From Candidatus Krumholzibacteriia bacterium (GTDB taxonomy: Bacteria; Krumholzibacteriota; Krumholzibacteriia; JAJRXK01), in the NCBI GenBank assembly GCA_041484665.1, contig JBGPIA010000009.1, positions 32,001-96,000 of the forward strand: a stretch of DNA of 64,000 nucleotides, given 5' to 3'. A program made the translations under genes and the position numbers. This document shows, piece by piece, positions 17,496 to 26,609 of the stretch (position 1 is the first letter of the stretch; each line of letters begins with the position of its first letter). The notes below the pieces were generated by a model, which was not told the DNA's origin, made no database searches, and saw only the letters and a program-made list of their open reading frames with translations.

Positions 17496-18340
17496 CGCGC
17501 TCGCCCCAGCATCACCGCCAGATCGCCGGGGTAGCACTCCGCTCCGCCGGGCGTCTCCAGATAGAAGGGGAGCGCGCGGAAGCGCCGATCGCGCGCCAGG
17601 CGCCGGAACGCCACCGGCCCGATGTGACCGCGTCCGAGCGTCTCGTGGCGGTCGACGCGCGTGCCGAGGCCCACCCGGCTGTCGTTGACGTGGAAGGCCC
17701 ACAGGCGCGCGAGCCCCACCGTGGCATCGAGCTCGGCGAACGCGCGCTCGTAGCCCGCGCGCGTGCGCAGGTCGTGCCCGGCGGCGAACGCGTGCGCGGT
17801 GTCCAGGCACACGCCCAGGCGCGGGTGGTCTCCGCATGCGGCTATGATGTCGCGGAGGTGGGCGAACCGCCAGCCGAGCTGCGTGCCCTGCCCGGCGGTG
17901 CTCTCCAACAGCAGCGACGGGCCGCCGGGCGCGTCGTTCTCCTTGAGCAGGACGCGCAGCGCCCGCGCGATGCGCGCGATGCCCGACGCCTCGCCCGCGC
18001 CCATGTGGGCGCCTGGGTGGAAGATGAGCTGATCGACGCCCAGTGCGCGGCAGCGTTGCAGTTCGGCACGGAACGCCTGCAGGCTGCGGCGCCACAGCTG
18101 CTCGTCGGGGCTGGCGAGGTTGGGCAGGTAGCTGCCGTGGCTGGCGACGCGCAGGATGCCGTGCGCCGCGCGCTCGCGGCGGAAGTCCACGGCCTCCTGC
18201 GCGGTGACAGCACGGTTCTCCCAGCGGTTCTGATTGCGGGTAAAGATCTGGATGGCCAGAAGCCCCGCGGCCGCGCCACGGCCGGGCGCCTGCTGCGCGC
18301 CGCCCTCGACGGAGATGTGGCCTCCCCAGAGCCGGCGCAT
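17492..18340 (-). CDS. nfo: Endonuclease IV (AP endonuclease)
   Basis: GGHIS, QIFTRN, HGSYLPNLAS, FHPGAH, LESTAGQG, CLDTAH, HVNDS, DRHE, LETP. Confidence 0.95.
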   Translation of the reverse strand: MRRLWGGHISVEGGAQQAPGRGAAAGLLAIQIFTRNQNRWENRAVTAQEAVDFRRERAAHGILRVASHGSYLPNLASPDEQLWRRSLQAFRAELQRCRALGVDQLIFHPGAHMGAGEASGIARIARALRVLLKENDAPGGPSLLLESTAGQGTQLGWRFAHLRDIIAACGDHPRLGVCLDTAHAFAAGHDLRTRAGYERAFAELDATVGLARLWAFHVNDSRVGLGTRVDRHETLGRGHIGPVAFRRLARDRRFRALPFYLETPGGAECYPGDLAVMLGRAR

Positions 18341-18993
18341 CACGCGACTCCCTGGACGAGGCCATCGCTGGGACGCGGTCTGCGTGCGGGTCGCCGCTGC
18401 ATGGTGGGCATCTGCCGCACGCCTGCCTGCGTGAAAACGGGGATCGGCAGGCGCTTCTGTCCGAAGGAGCGGCGCAGCGTCTGGCTGGTGCCGGAGTAGA
18501 ACTGCAGCTCGTCCTGGTCGAGCTCGAAGATGCTAGCCCACAGGGCGATGCACTGGTCGATGAAGCGGGTCAGGATGGGCGCCGGGTTGTCGATGAGCGG
18601 GCAGAGGCCCGTGAATTCGTAGTTGTAGACCATTCCCGCCAGGCGAGACCGGTGGTCCACGTAGGGTTCGAAGGGAAACGTACGGCAGGCGATCGAGCGG
18701 TGCTCGCGCTCGCAGAACGCCGCGCCGCGGCAGACGGCCAACACGTCGCACGCCGAGACCTCGCGGGCCATCGCCCGCTCACGCGCGTCGGTCGGCACGT
18801 AGCGGCGCCACAGACGCGTGCGCTTGCGCAGCCACTCCAGCTCGGCCCGGTAGAGCACCGGTACGACCGTCTGGGCGTGGCAGCAGACCGGCACGCCTCC
18901 ATTGCGCGGTGCGCACAGCACCCCGCAGTCGAAGGCCGTCACCGGCGACGTCAGCAGGGCGTAGAGCTGCGGGATGGCCTGCGGGTCGATCAT
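18340..18993 (-). CDS. Cys-rich hypothetical protein, probably YkgJ/CxxCxxCC-like zinc- or Fe-S-chelating family
   Basis: DCGVLC...VCC, VCRGAAFC...RSIACRTFPF, CPL. TGATG coupling with nfo. Confidence 0.6.
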   Translation of the reverse strand: MIDPQAIPQLYALLTSPVTAFDCGVLCAPRNGGVPVCCHAQTVVPVLYRAELEWLRKRTRLWRRYVPTDARERAMAREVSACDVLAVCRGAAFCEREHRSIACRTFPFEPYVDHRSRLAGMVYNYEFTGLCPLIDNPAPILTRFIDQCIALWASIFELDQDELQFYSGTSQTLRRSFGQKRLPIPVFTQAGVRQMPTMQRRPARRPRPSDGLVQGVA

Positions 18994-19159
18994 GACGGAA
19001 GAGTGTAGCGCCGCAGCCCGCGGCGCGCGCGATCGGCGCCTGGACGCGAGAGGGCGGCCGCGGCCGCCCCCTCGCTCGGTCTCGACTCATCCCGGGCCGC
19101 GACGGCGCGGCGCGCCGGCCACCTTTGGCCCGCGCCCGCGCGCCGTGGGCGGCGCAGGG

Positions 19160-19678
19160 CTAGTAGAGGGCCTTGACCGCGCCCCAGCTCGAGGTGTCCG
19201 TGGGGACCTGCAGCGGTACGTAGCCGGCGAAGTCGAGCAGGGTGACGCACCCCTGTGGCCAGCAGGTGTTCTGGATCGTGATCTGGATGCTCTGCAGTCC
19301 GGCGCGAGCGATGAACTCCAGCGCGAACGCGTCCGGGTGGCCGGGCACGCTGGAGATGCCCAGCAGCGTGGCCTGGGCGCTGCTGAAGGTCACCGGCCCA
19401 GCGGGACAGAACGCCGGATAGCCGACGACCTGGCAGACCATGGCCACCGCGATGTCGAACTGCGTGATGTCGCCCACGAACGCATTGATGACCATCGTGC
19501 CGCCGCCATCCACGCACGGCTCCTGGAAACCGTTCATGTTGGCCATGTTTGGAAACTGCGGGAACAGGGTCTGGGTCTCGCCCAGGGTGAGAGGGGCCGA
19601 AGCCCACGCCACCGTGGCGAGGCCTGTGCAGCAGAACAGGGCAGCGACCGTGCAGAGAGTCTTGAAGCAACGGGACAT
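19160..19678 (-). CDS. Small secreted protein with C-terminal 'VPTDTSSWGAVKALY' tail
   Basis: GAGG RBS, Sec signal (…GLATVAWA), four Cys in the mature part, terminal WGxVKxLY. Confidence 0.75.
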   Translation of the reverse strand: MSRCFKTLCTVAALFCCTGLATVAWASAPLTLGETQTLFPQFPNMANMNGFQEPCVDGGGTMVINAFVGDITQFDIAVAMVCQVVGYPAFCPAGPVTFSSAQATLLGISSVPGHPDAFALEFIARAGLQSIQITIQNTCWPQGCVTLLDFAGYVPLQVPTDTSSWGAVKALY

Positions 19679-19819
19679 GCGAACCACCTCGTTGATCGAT
19701 TGGAGGTTGGGGCGTGGGGGAGGAGCCTGCACGTGCCCGAGGGCGTCGCCGGCACGTGCCCCCGCGCTGGCTGTTGCGCTCCCCACGCCCAGCGCGCGCG
19801 TGGAGGGAACCCGGTGCGC

Positions 19820-19848
19820 AGTCTACCGGCCCGCAGGCGGGGTGTCAA
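19820..19848 (-). promoter_or_regulatory. sigma70-type promoter for the 19160-19678 gene
   Basis: TTGACA-17 nt-TAGACT on the minus strand. Confidence 0.7.
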
Positions 19849-19979
19849 ATCCTACCGCAATCGGAAGTCCTGTCACAATTCCAGACGGGGATTTGCCGGA
19901 CGGTCGTGCCCCGGGGCGGGTGCCGCCGCAGCCACCCCGCGCCCACCCACTGCGCCGGCCCGCGTTGCCGCCGCTGCCC

Positions 19980-20399
19980 CTAGAGCTTCCAGAGATTCAG
20001 ACCCACCCGCGGATCGAAGGCGCGCTCCACGGCCGCCGCCCCGGGCAGGATCGCGAGCTCGGCCACCACCGCGACGGTGCCGTGGAACAGATGCCCGCCG
20101 ACGGTGGCGAAGTCCGCGGTGCCCAGGATGACGTGCGCGTGGAGGAACGGCTTGCCGTCCAGCAGCGTGAGATTGGCCTGCAGGGAGAGCAGCTCGTGGA
20201 TGCCGGGGAAGACGCGCCGGAGGTAGCGGCGCTCGTCGAGGACGTAGTAGCCCAGCTCCACGTCCTCGAGCGCCCCGATCCCCAGGACCAGCCCGCTGTG
20301 CAAGCCCTCCGCGGTGGCGACCGAGAGCACGGCGGAGACGAGCTCCTCGCCGCGGTCCAGGCGCAACAACAAGCGGTTGGCGGAGGTCTGCAGGCGCAC
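19980..20399 (-). CDS. PPC/DUF296 domain protein
   Basis: RLDRGEEL, GIGAL, ELLSLQANL, HAHVILG, GGHL. Confidence 0.9.
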   Translation of the reverse strand: MRLQTSANRLLLRLDRGEELVSAVLSVATAEGLHSGLVLGIGALEDVELGYYVLDERRYLRRVFPGIHELLSLQANLTLLDGKPFLHAHVILGTADFATVGGHLFHGTVAVVAELAILPGAAAVERAFDPRVGLNLWKL

Positions 20400-20405
20400 G
20401 GTGCG

Positions 20406-20434
20406 AGCATGGCCGCTCCCGCAGGGAGGGTCAA
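20406..20434 (-). promoter_or_regulatory. sigma70-like promoter positioned for a leaderless DUF296 mRNA
   Basis: TTGACC-17 nt-CATGCT, then 6 nt to GTG at 20399. Confidence 0.5.
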
Positions 20435-20623
20435 GACACGGCGCGCCGTGCGCGGGCCGCCGTGCTCCATGCGCCTGCCGCTGCGCCCAGCGCGCCTGCG
20501 CCGGGACTTGGCGAACCCGGCGCGATCTGCGACCCTAGCCGCGCGGGGCGTACGTCTTGCGCACGCCGCAGCCCGGCCCGCCCGGCCCACCCGGCCCGTA
20601 CGACCGCCACAGGAGTGCCCGTC

Positions 20624-21637
20624 TTGACCCAGGCCAGCGTGACCGACCATCGCGCCTTCTACGCCGGCCGCCGCGTGCTGGTGACCGGCGGGCTCGGCTT
20701 CCTGGGCAGCGCGCTCGTGCTGGAGCTGGCCGCCCTGCGCGCGCAGGTCACGATCGTCGACAGCCTCATCCCGCTGTTCGGCGGCAACCGCCACAACATC
20801 GAGCCGGTGAAGGACAAGGTCAGCCTCGACATCAGCGACATCCGGGACGCCGACGCCATGAACCAACTCGTCCAGGGCCAGGACGTCCTCTTCCACATCG
20901 GGATGCAGACCAGCCATGTCGACTCGATGACCGATCCGCTGTGGGACATCGATATCAACTGCCGCGGCAACATGATCGTCTACGAGGCGCTGCGCCGACA
21001 CAACCCCGGCTGCTACGTCGTCTACGCCGGCACGCGCGGCCAGTATGGCGTGCTCGAGCGCATTCCCGTCGACGAGACGCACCCGATGCATCCCACCGAC
21101 ATCTACGGGGTCAACAAGGTCGCTGCCGAACTCTACGGCTTCGTCTACCGCCGGGTGTACGGCCTGCGGTTCTGCAGCCTGCGCGTGAACAACTCCTACG
21201 GCCCGCGCCATCAGATGCGCCACGGCAAGTACGGCATCCTCAACTGGTTCATCCGCACGGCCATGGACGGTGGGACGATCCAGCTGTTCGGCGACGGCAG
21301 CCAGCAGCGCGACTACAACTACGTCGATGACGTTACCGACGCCTTCCTGCGTGCGGGCGCGCTCGCGCAGGTCTGCGACGGGGAGGCGTTCAACCTGGGC
21401 AGCGGCCGGCCGCGCAGCCTGCGCGAGGCCACCGAGCTGGTGATCCGCTACGCGGGCAGCGGGCGCTACGAGCTCGCTCCCTGGCCCACCGAGCGCAAAG
21501 CCATCGAGACGGGCGACTACGTGGCAGACTTCTCCCGGTTCACCCGCGCCACGGGCTGGACGCCGCGCGTTGAGATGGAAGAGGGGCTGCAGCGCACCGT
21601 GGCGTTCTACAAGGAGCACCGGCGGCACTACTGGTAG
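20624..21637 (+). CDS. NAD-dependent nucleotide-sugar epimerase/dehydratase (extended SDR)
   Basis: VTGGLGFLG, YGVNK (YxxxK), NSYGP, FGDGSQQRDYNYVDD. AGGAG RBS before TTG 20624. Confidence 0.92.
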   Translation: MTQASVTDHRAFYAGRRVLVTGGLGFLGSALVLELAALRAQVTIVDSLIPLFGGNRHNIEPVKDKVSLDISDIRDADAMNQLVQGQDVLFHIGMQTSHVDSMTDPLWDIDINCRGNMIVYEALRRHNPGCYVVYAGTRGQYGVLERIPVDETHPMHPTDIYGVNKVAAELYGFVYRRVYGLRFCSLRVNNSYGPRHQMRHGKYGILNWFIRTAMDGGTIQLFGDGSQQRDYNYVDDVTDAFLRAGALAQVCDGEAFNLGSGRPRSLREATELVIRYAGSGRYELAPWPTERKAIETGDYVADFSRFTRATGWTPRVEMEEGLQRTVAFYKEHRRHYW

Positions 21638-21689
21638 GCCTCGCGGCGGGCCGCGCCGCACCGCACCGCCGCGCACGAGCGGGAGGACC

Positions 21690-22340
21690 ATGCGCTTCAT
21701 TCTGGTCGTCGACCGCCGGCATCTCTTCCCGGGCCTCTCGCCCCAGGGGTTGCTGCCGCCCGGGGCCGTGGACGTGGAGGCGGTCGAGCGCCTGGCCTTC
21801 TTCGCCGAGCGCGACTACATGGAGCGCTGCAGCCACTTCAAGCAGCTCATCCCCTACATGGTGCTGATCCACCACGACCAGGTGCTGTGCTATCAGCGCC
21901 ACGCGGCGCACACCGAGTCGCGTCTGGGCGGGCTGTGGACCATCGGCTTCGGCGGCCACATCGAGCCGATCGACCGCGGCGCTCCCGACGTCGCGCAGGC
22001 CGGACTGCTCCAGACCGCCGCCCTGCGCGAGCTCGCCGAGGAGACGGGCTTCTCCGTGCTGCCCAAGGACCTGTGCGTGGCCGGCTTTCTCAACAGCGAG
22101 CGTGAGGAGGTCAGCAGCGTGCACTTCGGAGTGCTGTTCTTGGTCGACCTCTCGCGCGTGAGCCTCACGCGCGAGCAGATCGCTGCTTCGGTCCTGGCGC
22201 AGGCGGAGCCCTTCCATGTGGCATGGCGCGCGCGCACCGAGTTGGCGCGCGCCGACCTAGCGGAGCCAGCCGCCCCCGAGGGCGGCCGCTGGGAGGACTG
22301 GACGAGACTCGCCTTGCCCGCCCTCGCGCGCTCCGCCTAG
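21690..22340 (+). CDS. NUDIX-family phosphoesterase (COG4112/YmaB-like)
   Basis: KQLIPY, ESRL, IGFGGHI, RELAEETG, VSSVHFG, WEDW. Confidence 0.8.
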   Translation: MRFILVVDRRHLFPGLSPQGLLPPGAVDVEAVERLAFFAERDYMERCSHFKQLIPYMVLIHHDQVLCYQRHAAHTESRLGGLWTIGFGGHIEPIDRGAPDVAQAGLLQTAALRELAEETGFSVLPKDLCVAGFLNSEREEVSSVHFGVLFLVDLSRVSLTREQIAASVLAQAEPFHVAWRARTELARADLAEPAAPEGGRWEDWTRLALPALARSA

Positions 22341-22697
22341 CGCGCCACGGCCGCCCAGGCGGACGCATCCATTGCAAGCTGCATGGGCGCGAGCCCGCGC
22401 GCGCGGCGTCCCCAGAGGACGGCAGCGGCAATCTCTGCCGCGTCTGCCGCGCGCCGGGCGCGTCCGGCGGTGCCCCGCCGCTGGCGCCGCCGCCGCGGTG
22501 TGCGCAGGCCGTCTGCGGTGCGACCGGGCGCGCTGCGCCGCAACCAGGGACCGATCCTTGCTTCCCCGTGCGCCATCGAGCCCCCGCAGTCCGGCCCGGC
22601 AGGCCTGAGGAGCCCGGCCAAGCTGGCCAAGCGTCGACGAGCCGCCGCGACGGGCGGGGCCATGTGAATTCCAACCCCGGAGATGGTCCAGATGTTC

Positions 22698-24239
22698 ATG
22701 AACTCGTATCGAAGCGCGCGCCGCGCGCTCGCGCTGCTGGCGCTCGCCGCGGCTGCAGCACTGCCAGGCTGCAGCGGTGACACCAGCCCGGCCAACACCG
22801 ATGGAACTGGCGCCGGGGTCGATCAGACGACGGCCCAACAGGCCTCGACCACGGCCCTGGAGATGGTGAATCAAGTGGTAGGGGAGAGCGGCAACTGGGC
22901 GCAGGGCACTTTCAGCACCCCAGCCATGCGGCTCCCCTTGGGCAAGCAGGCGCCCGCGCAGACGCAGTCGGAAGCCGTTTGGGATCCGCAGCAGAACGCC
23001 TGGCTGTGGCAGGCACAAGTGAGCTATACCGACGCCACCGACAGCGTCAACGTCGCCGCGAGCTACTGGGTGCAATTCAGAGACGGCACGACTCCCCAGC
23101 AGTACCCCGATCCCAACACTGCATTCATGGAGACCCACGTGAGGTGGGACTGGAACGGGCACCTGGAGCGGGACGGCGGCGCTGCCGACCTCACCTACGT
23201 GTACACGACGGCCATGGTCGTGTCCGGCCTGCACACGCCCACGCGTCACTTCGCCGGCACCGGCAACCTCGACGGCCGGGCCGCTGGCCACGACGGCGTG
23301 GGCACGACGTATGAAGTCAACGTCGGCGCGGCCTGGAGCGTGGACCTGGGCGTTCCGGCCGGCGGCGGCTGCCCCACCGGCACGGTCTCGGTCTCGTCGG
23401 GGGCATGGACCCTCGCGGCGACCTACGACGGCAGCAGCACGGCCTCCTGGACGCTGCGCCTCGGCCACCTGGTGCGCGCCACGGGGACCCAGCCACTGGG
23501 CTGCAGCGCGCTCAATTCCACCACTGCCCAGGAGGAGGCTCTCACGGCGCTCGATGCGGTCAACCAGGTGCTCACGTCCATCCCGAGCTGGGCGCAGAGC
23601 GCTCCCGCTGTGGCGGCCAAGCGTTCCGCTGCCGGCGATGCGTGGCTGCGCCTGAGGCCGGCCGCCGAGTGCACGCCTGGCACTCCGCAGCAGTCACCCC
23701 CCGCCTTCAACAGCGGGCAGAGCGCATGGAACTGGTCGTGGACGCGCAGCTGCGCCAACGCCAACAGCTCCTTCAATCTCGGTTACCAGGTCTGGCTGCA
23801 GTACCGCGATGCGGACGGCATCGCACGGCGGACGCCGCAGGGCGCGGACACACTCGAGGTCCACGAGTCGGTGGAGCTCTCGGCGCACCACGAGCAAGAG
23901 GGGCAGATCGACCAGGCGGACTTCACCGCCGAAATGGCGCTGCAGGTCGGGGGGCTGAGCGGCGACAGCTATGCGGTGGACGGCTCCGGGGTCTTGCAGG
24001 GCCGCGCCAGCAGCTCTGGAGGCGAGGTCGTGTTCGACGCGGGTTACGCGATGACGTGGACCATCAATGTCGCCGTGTCCCAGAACGCCCCGTGTCCGCA
24101 GGGCAACGTCGTCATCAACGTGGATGACTACCGGCTGGAGGCGGTCTACGACGGCGCCGGCCACATGGACTGGGCGCTCACGCGGGGCGACAGCGTGGTC
24201 GCCAGCGCGAACGGCGTCACGCTGGCCTGCGGCCTGTAG
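22698..24239 (+). CDS. Hypothetical lipoprotein with two tandem ~235-aa repeats
   Basis: Lipobox LPGC; internal repeat TTAQQASTTALEMVNQV / TTAQEEALTALDAVNQV and CPTG…YDG / CPQG…YDG. Confidence 0.8.
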   Translation: MNSYRSARRALALLALAAAAALPGCSGDTSPANTDGTGAGVDQTTAQQASTTALEMVNQVVGESGNWAQGTFSTPAMRLPLGKQAPAQTQSEAVWDPQQNAWLWQAQVSYTDATDSVNVAASYWVQFRDGTTPQQYPDPNTAFMETHVRWDWNGHLERDGGAADLTYVYTTAMVVSGLHTPTRHFAGTGNLDGRAAGHDGVGTTYEVNVGAAWSVDLGVPAGGGCPTGTVSVSSGAWTLAATYDGSSTASWTLRLGHLVRATGTQPLGCSALNSTTAQEEALTALDAVNQVLTSIPSWAQSAPAVAAKRSAAGDAWLRLRPAAECTPGTPQQSPPAFNSGQSAWNWSWTRSCANANSSFNLGYQVWLQYRDADGIARRTPQGADTLEVHESVELSAHHEQEGQIDQADFTAEMALQVGGLSGDSYAVDGSGVLQGRASSSGGEVVFDAGYAMTWTINVAVSQNAPCPQGNVVINVDDYRLEAVYDGAGHMDWALTRGDSVVASANGVTLACGL

Positions 24240-24262
24240 CGCGCCGGCGGGCGCCCGGGGCG

Positions 24263-25423
24263 TCAGGGCTGCCGCGCCTGCGGCGGCCCAAGCTCCTCGA
24301 AGCAACGCGCGAACGCGGGCTGCATCCAGCGGGTGCGGCCCGCGCGCGTCTCGCCATGCGGTGCGCGTGATGCCCCCGCGGGGGTCCCCGCGCCGTACTC
24401 CACCTCGAAGATGGCTGCGGCCGCTTCCGCGAAGCGCTCTACCCAGCGCAGTCCGGCGCCTCCGCCGACGATGAGCGCGGTGGACAGCACGTCGGCGTCC
24501 GTGGCCGATGGAGAGATCACCGCCGCGCCGCGCTGGGCTGTGACCAGCTTCCCGCTGCGCGGGTCCACGATGTGCCCATGGGGCGGTCCGCCGCTCTCGT
24601 CGCGGTAGAGCGCACTGGACGTGGACAGCGACTGATCGCGCAGCGTGACCACGCCCAGCGTCTCGCCGCGCGGGCCGCGCAGTAGCACCCTCCAGCCCGA
24701 CGTGGCGGCGGGCGCGCCGAGTCCGTACAGCGAGCTGCGGCCGAAGTCGATCCACGCGCGATCGATCCCCCGGGCGCGCAGCACGGCGACCATCGCGTCC
24801 ACCGCGGCCCCCTTGCCGTCGCCGCCGGGATCCAGCGCCATGCCTTTGAGCGTGAGCTCAGCTGTGTCCGGCGGCGCGAGGCGCAGGTGCTGCACGCCCA
24901 CGCGCGCGAGCGCGTGCGCCAACGCTTCTGCCGTGGGCGCCTGAGACCGGTGGAGATCCACCAGCGGGCCCACCGTGATGTCGAAGGTGCCGTCGGTGCG
25001 CACGGATGCCTCACGCGCGCGGGTCAGATAGGCGAACAGTTCGGCCGGCACGACGGCCGGCGCGCCGGCCTGCGCGTTCAGGCGGCTGAGCGGGCTCTGC
25101 GGCTGGTAGTTGCTGAGCAGGGCGTCCAGACGCTGGGCCTCCTGCAGCGCGGCCTGCAGGGCGGAGTCGGCGGCGGCCGGACGGGGGGCCTCCACGATGA
25201 CGGTGAGCAGCGTGCCCATCACCCAGCGCGTGTCCTGCGCGGTCGCCGGCGCGCCGGCGGGTGCACGCGCCGCGGTCGCCGCGAGCGCCAACGTGCAAAG
25301 GAGCGCCTGCGTCGCGAGCAAGGTGGCTGGCACAGCGCGTGCCGTGCCAGGTGTGGCACTCGTACGGAGAGCGCCGCAAGCGCCAAACCGGCGACGCTGC
25401 CCCGCCCGTCCGTGACGTCTCAT
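24263..25423 (-). CDS. apbE: FAD:protein FMN transferase (start uncertain; ATGA overlap at 25423)
   Basis: MGT, SRLN, GTFDITVGPLV, LDPGGDGKG, LSTSS, GHIVDPRSG, ADVLSTAL. Confidence 0.92.
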   Translation of the reverse strand: MRRHGRAGQRRRFGACGALRTSATPGTARAVPATLLATQALLCTLALAATAARAPAGAPATAQDTRWVMGTLLTVIVEAPRPAAADSALQAALQEAQRLDALLSNYQPQSPLSRLNAQAGAPAVVPAELFAYLTRAREASVRTDGTFDITVGPLVDLHRSQAPTAEALAHALARVGVQHLRLAPPDTAELTLKGMALDPGGDGKGAAVDAMVAVLRARGIDRAWIDFGRSSLYGLGAPAATSGWRVLLRGPRGETLGVVTLRDQSLSTSSALYRDESGGPPHGHIVDPRSGKLVTAQRGAAVISPSATDADVLSTALIVGGGAGLRWVERFAEAAAAIFEVEYGAGTPAGASRAPHGETRAGRTRWMQPAFARCFEELGPPQARQP

Positions 25424-25956
25424 GGCACCTGGGGCTGGGGGCCCGGGCGCGACTCGGTGTCGGTGTAGCCATTGCGCTGCGGGCGGAGCACCCCCACCAC
25501 CAGCGCTCCGATCAAGAGGGCGAGCGCCAGTTGCAACAGCAGAAACGACGCCACCTTGACCCAGGCGAACGCGGGATGGACGAAGCGCACCGCCCAGCTG
25601 CTCAGCTCGTCGAGCAAGGCACTGCTGAACGCAACCAACACGAGGGTGGACTTCACGCGCCGCGACGTGGGCAGGAACAGCAGCAGGTGCGTCAGGGTCA
25701 TCACCAGCGTGCCCATGGCGAAGAGATGGAAATGGCTCACCTCGGCCAGCGCTCCCAGGGGCCGCGCGGGCTGCCCGAACTCCGCCCGCGGATCGCCACG
25801 GTAGTAGGCCACCACGGTGGCCGGCCGCAGGTCCATCTTCTGGAAGTAGAGGATCCAATTGGTGGCCCAGAACAGTGCTGCGAACACCAGGAACATCATG
25901 AGGATCAGCCGCAGCATGTCGTTGCGGCTCCACTCGCCGGTCACGGTGAAACGCAC
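25420..25956 (-). CDS. Hypothetical 4-TM inner-membrane protein with intramembrane His residues
   Basis: Four hydrophobic helices; SHFHLFAMGTLVMTLTH. Coupled to neighbours by a 3-bp gap and an ATGA overlap. Confidence 0.75.
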   Translation of the reverse strand: MRFTVTGEWSRNDMLRLILMMFLVFAALFWATNWILYFQKMDLRPATVVAYYRGDPRAEFGQPARPLGALAEVSHFHLFAMGTLVMTLTHLLLFLPTSRRVKSTLVLVAFSSALLDELSSWAVRFVHPAFAWVKVASFLLLQLALALLIGALVVGVLRPQRNGYTDTESRPGPQPQVP

Positions 25957-25959
25957 GGC

Positions 25960-26607
25960 TCAGCTCCCTTCGTGCAGCGTGGGGGCCACCTCGATCTCGA
26001 ACACCGCTCTCACCCGCCGGATCGCGGCCGTCACCGCGCCGGCGGTCAAGGTGCTGCCCGCGATCCCCGCGATGCCGCCGCGCAGGCGCAGGTCTTCGCT
26101 CAAGCCCCTCCCCGCGAATTGCTGCAACCAACGGGGGGGCGGCATGTACTCGGCCGGCTCATGGAAGGCCAGCAGGTGCACGGCGGAGGTGCGGCCGTGC
26201 GCGTCGAGCACGACCAGGATCGTCTCGGGCAGCGTGCGCACGGTGTGCGTCTCGAAGAAGGCGTATCCCTGCGTGGTCCCCTGCTTGACCCCGACGTACA
26301 TCGAGACCAGCCGTGAGGGCAGCGTGCTGCCCGCGCTGGCCTCGATCTTCCGGGCCGCGTCGTCGGACAGGAGAAGATCGTGCACGATCACGGTGTCGGC
26401 GGCGGGAAATGCCAGCCGCAGCGCCGAAGCCCGACTGTGGAAGACCGCCGCGTAGGCCGGGGCGGCCGGCCAGCAGGCCGCACCCAGCGCGGCCAGGACC
26501 GCCGCCCGCGCCAGCACGCGCAGCCGCGCAGGCAGCAACGGCGGCCGCCGCAGAGGCCGCAACGCAGCGCGCGGGTTGAGGCGCCGCAGAGCGCGAACCG
26601 GCCGCAT
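25960..26607 (-). CDS. Exported FMN-binding (FMN_bind-like) protein, putative ApbE substrate
   Basis: Signal peptide; WLQQFAG…IAGIAGSTLTAGAVTAAIRR, a variant of the [S/T]GA[S/T] flavinylation site at the domain end. Confidence 0.8.
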   Translation of the reverse strand: MRPVRALRRLNPRAALRPLRRPPLLPARLRVLARAAVLAALGAACWPAAPAYAAVFHSRASALRLAFPAADTVIVHDLLLSDDAARKIEASAGSTLPSRLVSMYVGVKQGTTQGYAFFETHTVRTLPETILVVLDAHGRTSAVHLLAFHEPAEYMPPPRWLQQFAGRGLSEDLRLRGGIAGIAGSTLTAGAVTAAIRRVRAVFEIEVAPTLHEGS

Positions 26608-26609
26608 GG

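Noticed and set aside
22546..22563. sigma54-like GG-N10-GC (GGGACCGATCCTTGCT) upstream of the repeat lipoprotein
   Set aside because: The -24 element departs from TGGCAC, which is too weak to call in GC-rich DNA.
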